From an uncultured Nitrososphaerota archaeon (lineage in GTDB: Archaea; Thermoproteota; Nitrososphaeria; Nitrososphaerales; Gagatemarchaeaceae), in NCBI GenBank assembly GCA_963718895.1, contig CAVRAG010000007.1:480001-544000 (forward strand): a stretch of DNA of 64,000 nt, in the 5' to 3' direction. Of the stretch, positions 42,808 through 52,739 are shown piece by piece. Both the position numbers and the translations under genes were made by a program. Within the stretch, counting starts at the first letter, position 1; each line of letters opens with the position of its first letter. The notes under the pieces were generated by a model. That model saw nothing but the letters and a program-made list of their open reading frames with translations, was not told the origin of the DNA and did not search any database.

Positions 42808-42865
42808 AGTTCGTCTGAAGCGACACGGAGAGATTGATAAAGGTAGTTTCCTCGGATTACCTCGG

Positions 42866-43507
42866 TTGGACTACGTCACGCCAGAGGAGATGCGGGAGGC
42901 GGAGGGGAGGGCTGCCTCCTACGGTCTCGATGCTGCGGCGCTGATGGAGAACGCAGGCGCGGCCGTCGTCAGGGTCGTCGAGGAGAGATTCGCCCAGCTC
43001 AAGGGAGGGAGGATCCTCGTTGTCTGCGGGCTCGGCAACAACGGGGGTGACGGCTTTGTCGCAGCGAGGCTCTTTAGCAGAGCTTGGAAAGTGCGCGTCC
43101 TGCTCCTGGGACCGGCGAGCGAGATAAAGACGGACGAGGCGGCGAAGAACTGGAGAAGACTCGGAGCCCACATCGAGAAGGCGGAGGCGCGAGACGAGGC
43201 CTCGGTCATCGGCCACCACGAGTGGTTCGAGCGCGCTGGGATAGTGCTCGACGCCGTTCTGGGGACCGGGGTGAAGGGTGATGTGAGGCAGCCCATGGCC
43301 GCCGCGATTCATATGATCAACAGCTCGCGTGCGGTCAAGGTTGCCGTCGACATACCCTCAGGCCTCGACCCCCTGAGCGGAGAGGCAGGTCCCGCCACCG
43401 TACGGGCCGACCTAACCGTCACGCTTCACAGGGCGAAGACGGGGCTCCGTGGCAAAGATGAATATACCGGGGAGGTCCTCGCCGTCCCGATAGGGATCAG
43501 AGAGTAG
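42866..43507 (+). CDS. nnrE: NAD(P)H-hydrate epimerase (YjeF N-terminal domain)
   Basis: LMENAG, GLGNNGGDG, DAVLGTG and VDIPSG motifs. Confidence 0.93.
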   Translation: MDYVTPEEMREAEGRAASYGLDAAALMENAGAAVVRVVEERFAQLKGGRILVVCGLGNNGGDGFVAARLFSRAWKVRVLLLGPASEIKTDEAAKNWRRLGAHIEKAEARDEASVIGHHEWFERAGIVLDAVLGTGVKGDVRQPMAAAIHMINSSRAVKVAVDIPSGLDPLSGEAGPATVRADLTVTLHRAKTGLRGKDEYTGEVLAVPIGIRE

Positions 43508-43508
43508 G

Positions 43509-44114
43509 ATGAACGTCAGACAGATTCCAGTCGGACCGATGAAGAACTTCGACTACCTGCTGATGGACGAGGCCTCAGGGGAGGCAATCGCCATCGACTC
43601 GGGGTGGGAGACCGCCCCCGTCATCACGGCTGCCCGAGAAGGCGGCATGAAGGTCAGGTACGTCGTTGCCACGCACGGGCACTTCGACCACGTCGAAACC
43701 ATGGCCGAGCTCGCCAAGAAGCTCGGCGCACAGACCGTCTCACACGAGGCCTCGGAGTTGAAGACCGATCTTCGGGTCAGAGACGGCGACACGCTCAGCC
43801 TAGGGCGGGAGAGCGTGAGGGTTATCCACACCCCCGGACACACCCCCGACAGCATATGCCTCTTTGACGGGAAGAACGTCTTCACGGGCGACACGCTCTT
43901 CATAGGCAACTGCGGGCGGACCGACCTGCCCGGAGGGTCGACCAGCGAGCTCTTCCACAGCCTTCATGCCGTGCTCCTGGCTTTGCCTGGTGAGACCATT
44001 ATCTACCCGGGGCACGACTACGGCGAGGTCCGGAGCAGGAGACTGGCCGAGGAGGCGAGACTCAACCCCACCCTCCTCGCGAGGAACCTCGTGGAGTTCG
44101 GCGGGATAAAGTAG
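43509..44114 (+). CDS. MBL-fold metallo-hydrolase (glyoxalase II-like)
   Basis: THGHFDH, TPGHT, TGDTLF and YPGH motifs. Confidence 0.93.
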   Translation: MNVRQIPVGPMKNFDYLLMDEASGEAIAIDSGWETAPVITAAREGGMKVRYVVATHGHFDHVETMAELAKKLGAQTVSHEASELKTDLRVRDGDTLSLGRESVRVIHTPGHTPDSICLFDGKNVFTGDTLFIGNCGRTDLPGGSTSELFHSLHAVLLALPGETIIYPGHDYGEVRSRRLAEEARLNPTLLARNLVEFGGIK

Positions 44115-44118
44115 GGGA

Positions 44119-45144
44119 CTAGCCGAACCACTTCTCGAGGGACTCGTTCCGCGTGCTCTCCAGGCCGGCCAGGCGCTTGGCAGCGGCGTCGACCCTCTCC
44201 GGCGAGAAGGAGTGCTCGTCGACCAGGAAGGCCCTCACGGCGTCAGGCTTGAACTCCTTCCAGACGGGTTTGACGCCGCGGTCGGCCGGAGGAGAAAGGA
44301 ACAGCTTCCTGATTTCAGGATAATTGACCTTGGCCAGCTCGTCCTTTATCGGCTCGATCTTCTCAAGCGACCCGTAGGTCCTGAGGAACTTAAGTGCGCG
44401 CGCGGGGCCGATGCCCTTGAAGCCGTCCGGATTGAAGTCAGTGCCGACGAGGATGCCGAGATCGATGAGCTGCTCGCGGGTGAGCTGGAGCTCGCGGAGC
44501 GTCTCGGTCTCGCTGATGGTCTCGGGTTCGACGTCGATGAAGATGTTCTTGCTTGGGAGGCGCCTCCTTCCCGATATCGTGACGTTCCTTACAAGGAGAG
44601 GGGCGCCGAAGAGCAGCGAATCGTGGTCCTGGGACGCGACCCCGTCGACAGTTCCTTCGGCCGCCATTACCGAGGCCTGCGCCTCGCCCTCGGAGGGCGC
44701 GTCCATCCACGGTATGCCCATGGCGTCGAGGAGCCGCTTCGAGTCGGAGACCATGTCGTACCTCAGGGAGGTCGATGCCTCGGCGTACTTCCTGGCGTTC
44801 GCCATGTCCCCCGCCGCCACCGCTTCGACGTAGTGTCTTCCTGCCTCCTCGCGGACCTTGCGCCTGCGCTGGATCTCCTCCGTCTTAAGCTCCGGAGGGG
44901 CGCCGTCGAAGACGTAGACCAACTTGATGTTGAGCTCCATCAGGTTGATGTTCCTGTAGAAGAGCCCACTAAGATGGCTCGTGACCCGTCCGCTGGAATC
45001 CTTGAGGTGCTCCCCTCCGACGCCCCTGATTATCGCGAGGAACTGGTACAGCGTGTTGTAGGCGTCGACGGCGAGCTTCTTGTTCGAGAGGCTGGCCAGC
45101 TCGACTCTGCGTCGAGGGATGATATCTCCGAAATCTACGCCCAT
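44119..45144 (-). CDS. fen: Flap endonuclease 1
   Basis: DAYNTLYQFL, APSEGEAQA and GTDFNPDG motifs; C-terminal PIP-like SLEKWF. Confidence 0.97.
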   Translation of the reverse strand: MGVDFGDIIPRRRVELASLSNKKLAVDAYNTLYQFLAIIRGVGGEHLKDSSGRVTSHLSGLFYRNINLMELNIKLVYVFDGAPPELKTEEIQRRRKVREEAGRHYVEAVAAGDMANARKYAEASTSLRYDMVSDSKRLLDAMGIPWMDAPSEGEAQASVMAAEGTVDGVASQDHDSLLFGAPLLVRNVTISGRRRLPSKNIFIDVEPETISETETLRELQLTREQLIDLGILVGTDFNPDGFKGIGPARALKFLRTYGSLEKIEPIKDELAKVNYPEIRKLFLSPPADRGVKPVWKEFKPDAVRAFLVDEHSFSPERVDAAAKRLAGLESTRNESLEKWFG

Positions 45145-45175
45145 GTAACGACAGCCGTCCCTGCGCTGAGAATGA

Positions 45176-45415
45176 CTAACCCTCGCCGTATCGGGTTGTC
45201 TCTAGCGGCGTCTCGACGAACTCGACCCTCCGCTTCTCCTTCGCCACCCACCTGATGCTGACCGCGCCGAGGATCTCGAGATCCATGAGGCACTTGTTGA
45301 GGTCGTGGATCGAGTAGGTATCCGACTTTTTCAGGAAGTCCATTATCTCGTCGTCCGTCACGGCCTTCTTCTCCTTGACGAACTCGAACACCTGATACTT
45401 GAGAGGAGGTTTCAT
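45176..45415 (-). CDS. Small wHTH-like protein
   Basis: DLNKCLMDLEILG motif; upstream of fen. Confidence 0.7.
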   Translation of the reverse strand: MKPPLKYQVFEFVKEKKAVTDDEIMDFLKKSDTYSIHDLNKCLMDLEILGAVSIRWVAKEKRRVEFVETPLETTRYGEG

Positions 45416-45474
45416 TAGTCATTCAGTCCCGAGGAGATGGCCAACGGCACGGGCAGCTCGTATTAAGTCTTCGG

Positions 45475-45762
45475 CTACACGTTCTTCAGCTGACTGGAGA
45501 GCCTGCTCGCGCCCACGAGCTCGGATTGGGCCGCAAGAGGCGCGCTGGCCACGGCGGCCTCGACCTTGTCGATCATGCCCTCCTCCTCGGGGACGACTAT
45601 GTCGATCGTCAGCGAGTAGAGTCCGAATGCAATAGGCTCCTCTCTGCTGTTCTTGAAGACCATCTCATCCCCAAGACGGCTCTTCACGGAGTCGAGGAGC
45701 TGCTGCGAGGGCACCTCGGGGCCCGTCGGGAGCACCTTAAGCCGCACTAGATAGGAACCCAT
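45475..45762 (-). CDS. ef1b: Elongation factor 1-beta
   Basis: LKVLP and EEPIAFGL motifs. Confidence 0.92.
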   Translation of the reverse strand: MGSYLVRLKVLPTGPEVPSQQLLDSVKSRLGDEMVFKNSREEPIAFGLYSLTIDIVVPEEEGMIDKVEAAVASAPLAAQSELVGASRLSSQLKNV

Positions 45763-45774
45763 CTCGCGGACTCA

Positions 45775-45957
45775 CTAGGGCCCTTCAAACCCGCAACTAA
45801 TGCACTTGTACCTTCTGGAGAACTTCCTGCACCTCTCGCAGCGCCAGATGAAGACTTGGTGGCAGTTTGGGCAGTAGAATCTGGACGCCTTCTCGCGAGG
45901 CATTATCGGCCTGTTGCATGAAGTACAGGTCGGGAGGGTGATGCTCTTCTGCGACAA
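45775..45957 (-). CDS. Zn-ribbon protein (DUF1610/HVO_2753 family)
   Basis: Four CxxC motifs ending GFEGP; upstream of ef1b. Confidence 0.9.
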   Translation of the reverse strand: MSQKSITLPTCTSCNRPIMPREKASRFYCPNCHQVFIWRCERCRKFSRRYKCISCGFEGP

Positions 45958-46019
45958 ACTGCCGAGGCCTCTCCGGCACTACCACATATACCTTGCTGAG
46001 AACGAGGCGAACCAGAGGC

Positions 46020-47186
46020 CTAGGCCAGGGACGAGAGGACCTGCCGGGCCTCTGCCGAGAGCAGGATGCTGGCCAGCTGGAGGGTCCCTTTGGCGCCCAA
46101 CGCCGAGAGAAACGCCGTGGCGTGGAAGTCGAAGTCTGCGGTGGCGAGCCTCTCGGCGACCCTCTTCGACCCGAGGGCCGCGACCATCTTGTCGACGTCG
46201 CCGTTGGAGAGACCCTCGTAGAGGTGTCTGAGCCGTCTCATCACTTTGAACTCGTTCCCGAACTCCTCCGACCACTCCCTCTGGTAGTTCTGGAGGAGCG
46301 AGGCATCGCCGATATCCATGGACTCGGCGACCCATCTGGCGGCAATCGATCCCCCGGCCACTGAGCTGAGTATCCCGCCGGCGGTCGTCGGCTTGACCTG
46401 GCCCGCAGATTCGCCGACCAGTATGGTCCGACCTGCAACGAACTCATCCACCGGTCCTCCTAGGTAGATCGGCGCGGCCACCTTCGTGAGGGTCCTGAAG
46501 GTCCGGCCCTCCAGGAAGGAGTCCAGCGTCTTGAAACTGTTTATCCCGAAACCGGCGGCCCCCACCTTCGCCATCCCGTTCCCCCGCGGTATCACCCAGG
46601 CGAAGAACCCGGGATACTTCTTCTGGTCGATGAAGACCTGTACCTCACCGTCCTCGAACCAGTCCCCCTGGATCTCGTACTTGGCGGCAGGCACGAGCCT
46701 AAGCCTGTTGCGCCTCAGAATACCCGCAGGCCCGGTCGCATCCACGTAGTAGGAGCAGGTATAGGTCGAACCGGCTCTGACCTTCATGACGCCACCGTCC
46801 TCCACTGTCGCCTCCACTCTCTCTCCCGTCCTGATGCTGGCCCCGGCCGAGACGGCCATCGACGCCAGCTGCTTCTCATAGGCGCTCCTGTCGAGGACCA
46901 CGACCTCGAACCTTGAAGCGTCGAGTGAGGCCACCAGCCCCGAGGGTGAGTGGACAACGCCGGAGGTCACCCGACTCTGTATGCAGCCCTCCTCGGGCGG
47001 TAGGTAGCGCCTCATCGCCCTCAGCGAGACCAGCCCGTCGCACTTCTCGGGCTCTCCTACCTCTCCGTCCTCCTCGAGGATGAGGACCCTGAGGCCCTTC
47101 GAGGCAGCGCCGATGGCGAAGCTCAGTCCGCCGACGCTCCCGCCCCCCACAACGATATCGTAGTCGGAGGTCAACCTTGGAGCCAA
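46020..47186 (-). CDS. Geranylgeranyl reductase-family flavoprotein
   Basis: GGGSVGG, PEKCDG, FAWVIP and GESAGQVKPTTAGGI motifs. Confidence 0.88.
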   Translation of the reverse strand: MAPRLTSDYDIVVGGGSVGGLSFAIGAASKGLRVLILEEDGEVGEPEKCDGLVSLRAMRRYLPPEEGCIQSRVTSGVVHSPSGLVASLDASRFEVVVLDRSAYEKQLASMAVSAGASIRTGERVEATVEDGGVMKVRAGSTYTCSYYVDATGPAGILRRNRLRLVPAAKYEIQGDWFEDGEVQVFIDQKKYPGFFAWVIPRGNGMAKVGAAGFGINSFKTLDSFLEGRTFRTLTKVAAPIYLGGPVDEFVAGRTILVGESAGQVKPTTAGGILSSVAGGSIAARWVAESMDIGDASLLQNYQREWSEEFGNEFKVMRRLRHLYEGLSNGDVDKMVAALGSKRVAERLATADFDFHATAFLSALGAKGTLQLASILLSAEARQVLSSLA

Positions 47187-47212
47187 ACCCTTAACCGGTT
47201 CCGCTATAACCC

Positions 47213-47593
47213 TTGCACCGAACCGAGAAGAAGAAAGTGGTCGAGATCAAGCAGGTGATCGTTGTAAGGACGGACCTGAAGATGGGCAAGGGCAAGCTGG
47301 CGGCCCAGGTCGCCCACGCGGCACTTGCCTCGGCGGAGGAAGGCATGGAGAGGCACGCTTCGTGGTACCGGGAGTGGAAGGTCCAGGGCCAGGCGAAGGT
47401 GGTGGTGAAGGGGGCTGACGAATCTGTACTGCAGGAGCTCTTCAAGAAGGCGAAGTCTATCGGACTGCCGTCCTCGCTCATACAGGACGCGGGGCGGACA
47501 CAGCTCGAACCAGGGACGGTCACCTGCCTGGGGGTCGGGCCCGCGCCCGCCGAACTAATCGACAGGGTGACGGGGCAGCTTAAGCTACTATGA
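47213..47593 (+). CDS. pth2: Peptidyl-tRNA hydrolase Pth2
   Basis: KMGKGKLAAQVAHA and DAGRTQ motifs. Confidence 0.96.
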   Translation: MHRTEKKKVVEIKQVIVVRTDLKMGKGKLAAQVAHAALASAEEGMERHASWYREWKVQGQAKVVVKGADESVLQELFKKAKSIGLPSSLIQDAGRTQLEPGTVTCLGVGPAPAELIDRVTGQLKLL

Positions 47594-48855
47594 CGGTTGC
47601 GCCGCCATCCTTGGACGTCGCGTCCGGGATGACCGTATACGCGACGACCGCCGCGGGGAGCTCGGGCGTTCTGAGGTCAAGCAGAGAGGACTTCCAGGTC
47701 AACGAGATTCTCGATCTTGGAGTGGTTGAGCAGGAGCGGAAGGCCGGTTACGTCCCCGTGTACAGCGTCAGGAAGCACGGGGTCGACACACCGCACGCGG
47801 CGGACGAGCTGGCGGAGAGCCTCAAGAGCAAGGTGAACTTCGCGGGTCTCAAGGACAGCAACGCGGTCACTGTGCAGTACGCGAGCGCACGCAGCAGCCG
47901 GGCCCACGACCCGCAGGTCGTCCATGGGAAGATGTTCGAGGCCGAGAGGGTCGGCTACCTCCCTCGCCCCATAAGCAGGGGCATGATGACGGGGAACCGT
48001 TTCCGGATAGTCATACGGACCGAGGAGGACATCACCCCTTCGGTCGATGCAACCTACGCTGCCTGCGCCGGGGGTAGGATTCCCAATTTCTTCGGGTACC
48101 AACGGTTCGGGCTTCGGGGGATGGTCAACCACAGGGTGGGCCGGGCGCTACTGGGTCGGGACTTTCGGGCCGCAGTCCGGATCTTCCTGGGTGAGCCTAG
48201 GGAAGGCGAGGGCCCACAGGCGGGCGAAGCCCGGAGGCTCGCCGGCGAAGAGCGGTACCGAGAGGCCCTGGCGCTGATGTCCCCGAGACAGGACATCGAG
48301 AGGAAGGTCGCGGCGCGCCTTGCGGAGAAGCCCGGCGATTACCTGGGCGCGATTAGGAGAATCCCGATAGTCCCCAGGAGGCTCTTCGTCCAGGCGTACC
48401 AGGCGTACATCTTCAACCGCACTGCCAGCGACGCCGTCGCGTCGGGGCTCGACCTCTCCAGCGCTGAACGCGGCGATAACTGGGCGACGCTAGCCCCCGA
48501 TCGGCTCCGACCGACCAGGACCCACGGCGTCAGAGAACCGATAGTCGGTGAGACGGTCCCTCTCATCCAGATAGTGGGGTACGGTTTCAGGGATTACGGG
48601 TCGCGGTTCGACACGCTCATGATGTCTGTGCTCAAGGAGGAGTCGGCTGAGCCCAGGAGGTTCTACATCAAAGAGGCAGAGGAGCTGAGCAACGAGGGTG
48701 GGTTCAGGCACGCCCCCCTCCTCGCCAAGGACATGGCCCGGGAGTCGAGTCCCGGGAGCACCACGCTCTCGTTCAGCCTCGGGAAGGGGGAGTACGCGAC
48801 GACGCTTCTCAGGGAGGTGCTGAAGCCCGAGGATCCCCTCCGCGCGGGATTCTGA
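47590..48855 (+). CDS. truD: tRNA pseudouridine(13) synthase
   Basis: AGLKD, GNRF, NFFGYQRFG and YATTLLRE motifs. Confidence 0.94.
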   Translation: MTVAPPSLDVASGMTVYATTAAGSSGVLRSSREDFQVNEILDLGVVEQERKAGYVPVYSVRKHGVDTPHAADELAESLKSKVNFAGLKDSNAVTVQYASARSSRAHDPQVVHGKMFEAERVGYLPRPISRGMMTGNRFRIVIRTEEDITPSVDATYAACAGGRIPNFFGYQRFGLRGMVNHRVGRALLGRDFRAAVRIFLGEPREGEGPQAGEARRLAGEERYREALALMSPRQDIERKVAARLAEKPGDYLGAIRRIPIVPRRLFVQAYQAYIFNRTASDAVASGLDLSSAERGDNWATLAPDRLRPTRTHGVREPIVGETVPLIQIVGYGFRDYGSRFDTLMMSVLKEESAEPRRFYIKEAEELSNEGGFRHAPLLAKDMARESSPGSTTLSFSLGKGEYATTLLREVLKPEDPLRAGF

Positions 48856-48905
48856 AAAACCCAATCCGTTTATATCGCATCGAAAGAGGCCTGAATTAGA
48901 GGACG

Positions 48906-49907
48906 ATGTCCGAGAGGGACGTTTACGACATCACTATCGTCGGCGGCGGTCCAACGGGCCTCTTCGCCTCCTTCTACGCCGGCCTCCGACAAATGCGGAC
49001 CAAGCTCGTGGACGCTCTCGAGGAACTCGGGGGGCAGGTCGAGGTGCTCTATCCCGAGAAGTACATCTACGACGTTGGGGGATTCGCCAAGGTGACAGGG
49101 AAGGAGTTGGTCAAGGGGATGATCGAGCAGGCTCTGAAGTTCAATCCGACCGTCATCCTAGGAGAGAGAATTGTCTCCATCAAGCCAATCGACGGGGGGC
49201 TCATTCAGCTCGAGTCAGCCAACGGACGCCAGCACTTCTCAAGGACGGTGCTCGTGGCAGCGGGTGTCGGGGCCTTCTCGCCCAACCGGACGGAGGCCTT
49301 GGGCGCCATCGAGTACGAGGGTCGCGGGGTCTACTACTTCCTCAAGGATAAGAACATCATGAAGAGCAGGCGAGTCCTCATAGTCGGCGGAGGGGATTCG
49401 GCCGTCGACTGGGCGCTGAACCTGAACCAATGGTCGGAGAAGATCACCCTTGTCCACAGGCGCGACGTCTTCAGGGCCCACGAGGAGAGCGTCGCAGAGC
49501 TCATGAGGTGCGGAGTTGAGGTGAAGCTCTTCTACGAACTCAAGGAGGTTATCAGTGACGGAAAGAAGGTCACCGGGGCGATCCTCTATGACAGCAGGAA
49601 CAAGACCCAGAGCAGGATAGAGGTGGACGCCATCCTGGTGAACATCGGCTTCAGGGCCGACCTAGGGCCAATCAAGGACTGGGGGCTCCGGATCGAGGGG
49701 CGGGAGATAGGCGCCACCGGGAGGATGGAGACGAACATCCCCGGCGTCTTCGTGGCCGGCGACATCGCGGCACCTCAGGGGACCGTCAAGCTCAACCTGA
49801 TTGCGGTGGGCTACGCCCAGGCCGCTGTAGCGGTGAACGTGGCGAAGAACTACATCGACCCCAAGGCGAGAATCTTCCCGGGGCACAGCAGCGAGATGAA
49901 GGTCTAG
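48906..49907 (+). CDS. TrxB-like ferredoxin-NADP(+) reductase (YumC type)
   Basis: GGGPTG, LYPEKYIYD, GGGDSAVDWA and HSS C-terminus; no CxxC. Confidence 0.88.
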   Translation: MSERDVYDITIVGGGPTGLFASFYAGLRQMRTKLVDALEELGGQVEVLYPEKYIYDVGGFAKVTGKELVKGMIEQALKFNPTVILGERIVSIKPIDGGLIQLESANGRQHFSRTVLVAAGVGAFSPNRTEALGAIEYEGRGVYYFLKDKNIMKSRRVLIVGGGDSAVDWALNLNQWSEKITLVHRRDVFRAHEESVAELMRCGVEVKLFYELKEVISDGKKVTGAILYDSRNKTQSRIEVDAILVNIGFRADLGPIKDWGLRIEGREIGATGRMETNIPGVFVAGDIAAPQGTVKLNLIAVGYAQAAVAVNVAKNYIDPKARIFPGHSSEMKV

Positions 49908-50356
49908 TTCAGACCGAGGACTCGCCTGTAGTTATAGTCGCTCGAGATCGAAGGGTTGAGCGGGTCTATCAGGATGCACTCGAACCACTTGTGCTTTCCG
50001 TCCTTGTAGTAGATATATGAGCCGAGGAGCTTCAGGTTGGGAAACTTCTCTCGGACGCGCCTCTCCGCGACGCCCTGGACCGGTTCGTCGGACCTCATCT
50101 TCAGGACACCGAGGTGCTTCGGCCGACGGCCCGAGGTCGGCCTCTTCCTCCTCATCCCTCCGCTGGAGACCTTGATCCTGACTACCACTACGCCCTCTTT
50201 GGCCTTGTACCCGAGCATTCTTGCGCGGTCAAGCCTCGACGGCCTCTCCAGTCTCTCGATCGTGGGGCCCTTGCGGAGCAGCACCGCCCGGGCGGAGATG
50301 TCCCCCGCCTTCTCGTGGAAGACCTTATGCCAGGACTTCCCAATCTCGACGTACAA
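49904..50356 (-). CDS. rpl15e: Ribosomal protein eL15
   Basis: RLDRARMLGYKAK, GRRPK and DGKHKWFE motifs. Confidence 0.95.
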   Translation of the reverse strand: MYVEIGKSWHKVFHEKAGDISARAVLLRKGPTIERLERPSRLDRARMLGYKAKEGVVVVRIKVSSGGMRRKRPTSGRRPKHLGVLKMRSDEPVQGVAERRVREKFPNLKLLGSYIYYKDGKHKWFECILIDPLNPSISSDYNYRRVLGLN

Positions 50357-50398
50357 GATAAACGGAGGCCCGTTTCGGCAGGAGCAGATAAATCTTCT

Positions 50399-51322
50399 CT
50401 ATACCCGTCTCTGAAAGAACTGGGCTATCTTGGCTCCGGTCACAGAAATCGCCATCCTCTGCGCCTCAGTAGTCTGGCCACCGATGTGCGGCGTCGCGAT
50501 GAGATTGGGGGCGGCAAGTATCTCCGGGCCCGGCGGCTCCGTCTCGAAGACGTCGAGGGCGGCGCCTCCTATGGACCCGGCCGTGAGCGCCTGCGCGAGG
50601 GCGGGCTCCTCGATGACCTCTCCCCGGGACGTATTAATGAGAAAAGCCCCCTTCTTCATTAGAGAGAGGCGCCTCGAGTCCACGAGGTGGCGAGTCTCTG
50701 GTGAGAGCGGGACGTGCAGCGTCACAAAGTCGGATGAGGAGAAGAGCGTGTCGAGGTCGACCATAGTGCAGCCGATCGAAGACAGGACCTCTCTGCTGAT
50801 CTCGATGATATCGTAACCGAGCACGGACATGCCGAGCACCTTGGCCACCTCTCCGACCCGCCTCCCGATCCGGCCCATCCCGGCTATGCCGATCGTCCTC
50901 CCCCTGAGCTCGACCCCGACGAACTTCTCCTTCTCCCATCTCCCGGAGCGCGTGGAGGCGTCGGCCGCAGGAGTCTTCCGAGCGAGGGCGAGCATGAGGC
51001 CGACCACCTGCTCAGCCACGGCCTCGACGAGTGCCTCCGGGCTGTTGACGACCTCGATCCCCCTGGCGTTGGCCGCGCGCAGGTCGATGTTGTCGAGACC
51101 CGTTCCGGGGCGCGCTATGATCTTCAGCTTCGTGGCCCTGTCGATCACACCAGGGTCTATCTTGGTCCTGCTCCTGACGACGACGACGTCGTAGTTTGCT
51201 ACCAGGTCCAGCAGCTCCTCGTGGGTAATCTTGGGCACGTAGTCGACCTCGAAATCCTCCGAAAGAGCGAGTGCGGCCACATCGACCGTGTCGCAGACAA
51301 GGACTTTGCGGTTCGCCAACAA
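50399..51322 (-). CDS. D-3-phosphoglycerate/D-2-hydroxyacid dehydrogenase
   Basis: GTGLDNID, GMGRIG, INTSRG and TPHIG motifs; no ACT domain. Confidence 0.9.
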   Translation of the reverse strand: MLANRKVLVCDTVDVAALALSEDFEVDYVPKITHEELLDLVANYDVVVVRSRTKIDPGVIDRATKLKIIARPGTGLDNIDLRAANARGIEVVNSPEALVEAVAEQVVGLMLALARKTPAADASTRSGRWEKEKFVGVELRGRTIGIAGMGRIGRRVGEVAKVLGMSVLGYDIIEISREVLSSIGCTMVDLDTLFSSSDFVTLHVPLSPETRHLVDSRRLSLMKKGAFLINTSRGEVIEEPALAQALTAGSIGGAALDVFETEPPGPEILAAPNLIATPHIGGQTTEAQRMAISVTGAKIAQFFQRRV

Positions 51323-51323
51323 C

Positions 51324-52589
51324 CTACCCTCTTGTTCGGGCGAGCGCCCGGCCTGCTGTTAAGGATATTGGAGACTTCTCCCTGTTAAAACTCGGCAGAT
51401 ATGGAGATTCGTGGTAGGCGAGGTCGTCGAGGGTCGCTCGAGAGGATACCGCGAGGGAGATGTACTCGGAGAGAGCGAGGGCTCCCTGACCCGCCATCTG
51501 GACGCCGTAGAGCCTCCTTGTGACCCGGTCATAGACGATGGACGTGTCGGGCCCGCCACCCTCGCCGTCTGTCTCGAACTCGACCGCGTCGAAGCCTACC
51601 TTCTTCGCTCCTTCTGCGTCGAGCCCGGCCGAGCAGAGTTCAACCCCGAAGAAGTCCAGAGTGAGACACCTGGACATCGAGACTCTCGCCATCCCGCCGG
51701 CCGCGTTTACCCCGGCGGTCTCTCCCATGGCGAGCGAAGAGGAATGGAGCCTCGAGGGGAGGGAACCCGAGCCGCATCTTAACTCCGCGCAGTCGCCGGC
51801 GGCGTAGACGGCCTCGCACGAAGTTCTCATCGACTCGTCGACCAACACTCCGCCGTGGTCCCCCTTGGCGCAATCCAGGGCGGGGACGCAGGGGAAGCTC
51901 CGCGGGAGTATCACGACCCCGTCGCACGGGTGCACCACTCCGCCCGACATCACGGCCTCCGCCCTATCCACCCCGACTATCGTGTCCACCCTTTCGTAGA
52001 GCAGGCTGACCCCGCGGGAGGCCGCGGGGTCGGACATCGCGTCGAGAGCGCGTCTCGCGAACCTCGAAAGGTTCCCATCACCTATGAAGACGGACACGCG
52101 TGAGGTGCGAGACATGGCCTGTGCGAAGGTCAGCGAGACTGTGAGTGGACCGACCAAGGCGACGCGCGAGAGCCCGCCCAGAGCTCTGGAGAGGGCTAGG
52201 TAGTCCTCGAGAGACCTCATGGCAAAGACGCCCTGCTTTGAAGCCCCGCGCAGGTCGTCGAACACCTGCAGGGAGCCCGAGCAGAGCACCGCGCTGTCGA
52301 ATTCGATGCGGCCTCTCGGGGTGCGGGCGGTTCCGGCCGCGGCATCGACCGACAACACCGGTTCGCTCAGCCGGACCTCGATCCCGAATCGAGAGTTGAG
52401 CTCGCGGGGGTCAGCCAGGCTCAGCTCGGCGGCGGGAACCTCGCCAGAAATGAGGAGAGGGAGGAGGCTCTTGTTGGTGGCAAGGTGCTCGGAGCCCTCC
52501 GCGACGAGAACTTCGGCGCCCATCAGGCTCGCCGAGATGGCCGCGGTGACGCCTGCGACCCCGCCACCTGCGACGAGTACCCTGTTCAT
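51324..52589 (-). CDS. FAD-dependent pyridine nucleotide-disulfide oxidoreductase homolog (degenerate)
   Basis: GGGVAG and YAAGDC motifs plus dimerization domain; second Rossmann motif altered. Confidence 0.8.
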   Translation of the reverse strand: MNRVLVAGGGVAGVTAAISASLMGAEVLVAEGSEHLATNKSLLPLLISGEVPAAELSLADPRELNSRFGIEVRLSEPVLSVDAAAGTARTPRGRIEFDSAVLCSGSLQVFDDLRGASKQGVFAMRSLEDYLALSRALGGLSRVALVGPLTVSLTFAQAMSRTSRVSVFIGDGNLSRFARRALDAMSDPAASRGVSLLYERVDTIVGVDRAEAVMSGGVVHPCDGVVILPRSFPCVPALDCAKGDHGGVLVDESMRTSCEAVYAAGDCAELRCGSGSLPSRLHSSSLAMGETAGVNAAGGMARVSMSRCLTLDFFGVELCSAGLDAEGAKKVGFDAVEFETDGEGGGPDTSIVYDRVTRRLYGVQMAGQGALALSEYISLAVSSRATLDDLAYHESPYLPSFNREKSPISLTAGRALARTRG

Positions 52590-52739
52590 TGTGGGGAGGG
52601 CGGGCCCCGAGGGCTATAGAGATGCACGCGTCCCCATCGGAGCGTGGAGGAGAGAGCTGAACGAAACTGCGGCGGGCGCTCCACGAGACCCCACCCATCC
52701 GAAGACTTCTTTACGGTCCGCCAGACGGACCGCCCCGTA

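Noticed and set aside
44212-45255. Long antisense ORFs (here and at 61889-63055, 4138-4998 and elsewhere)
   Set aside because: Shadow ORFs opposite real genes, expected with high GC at third codon positions
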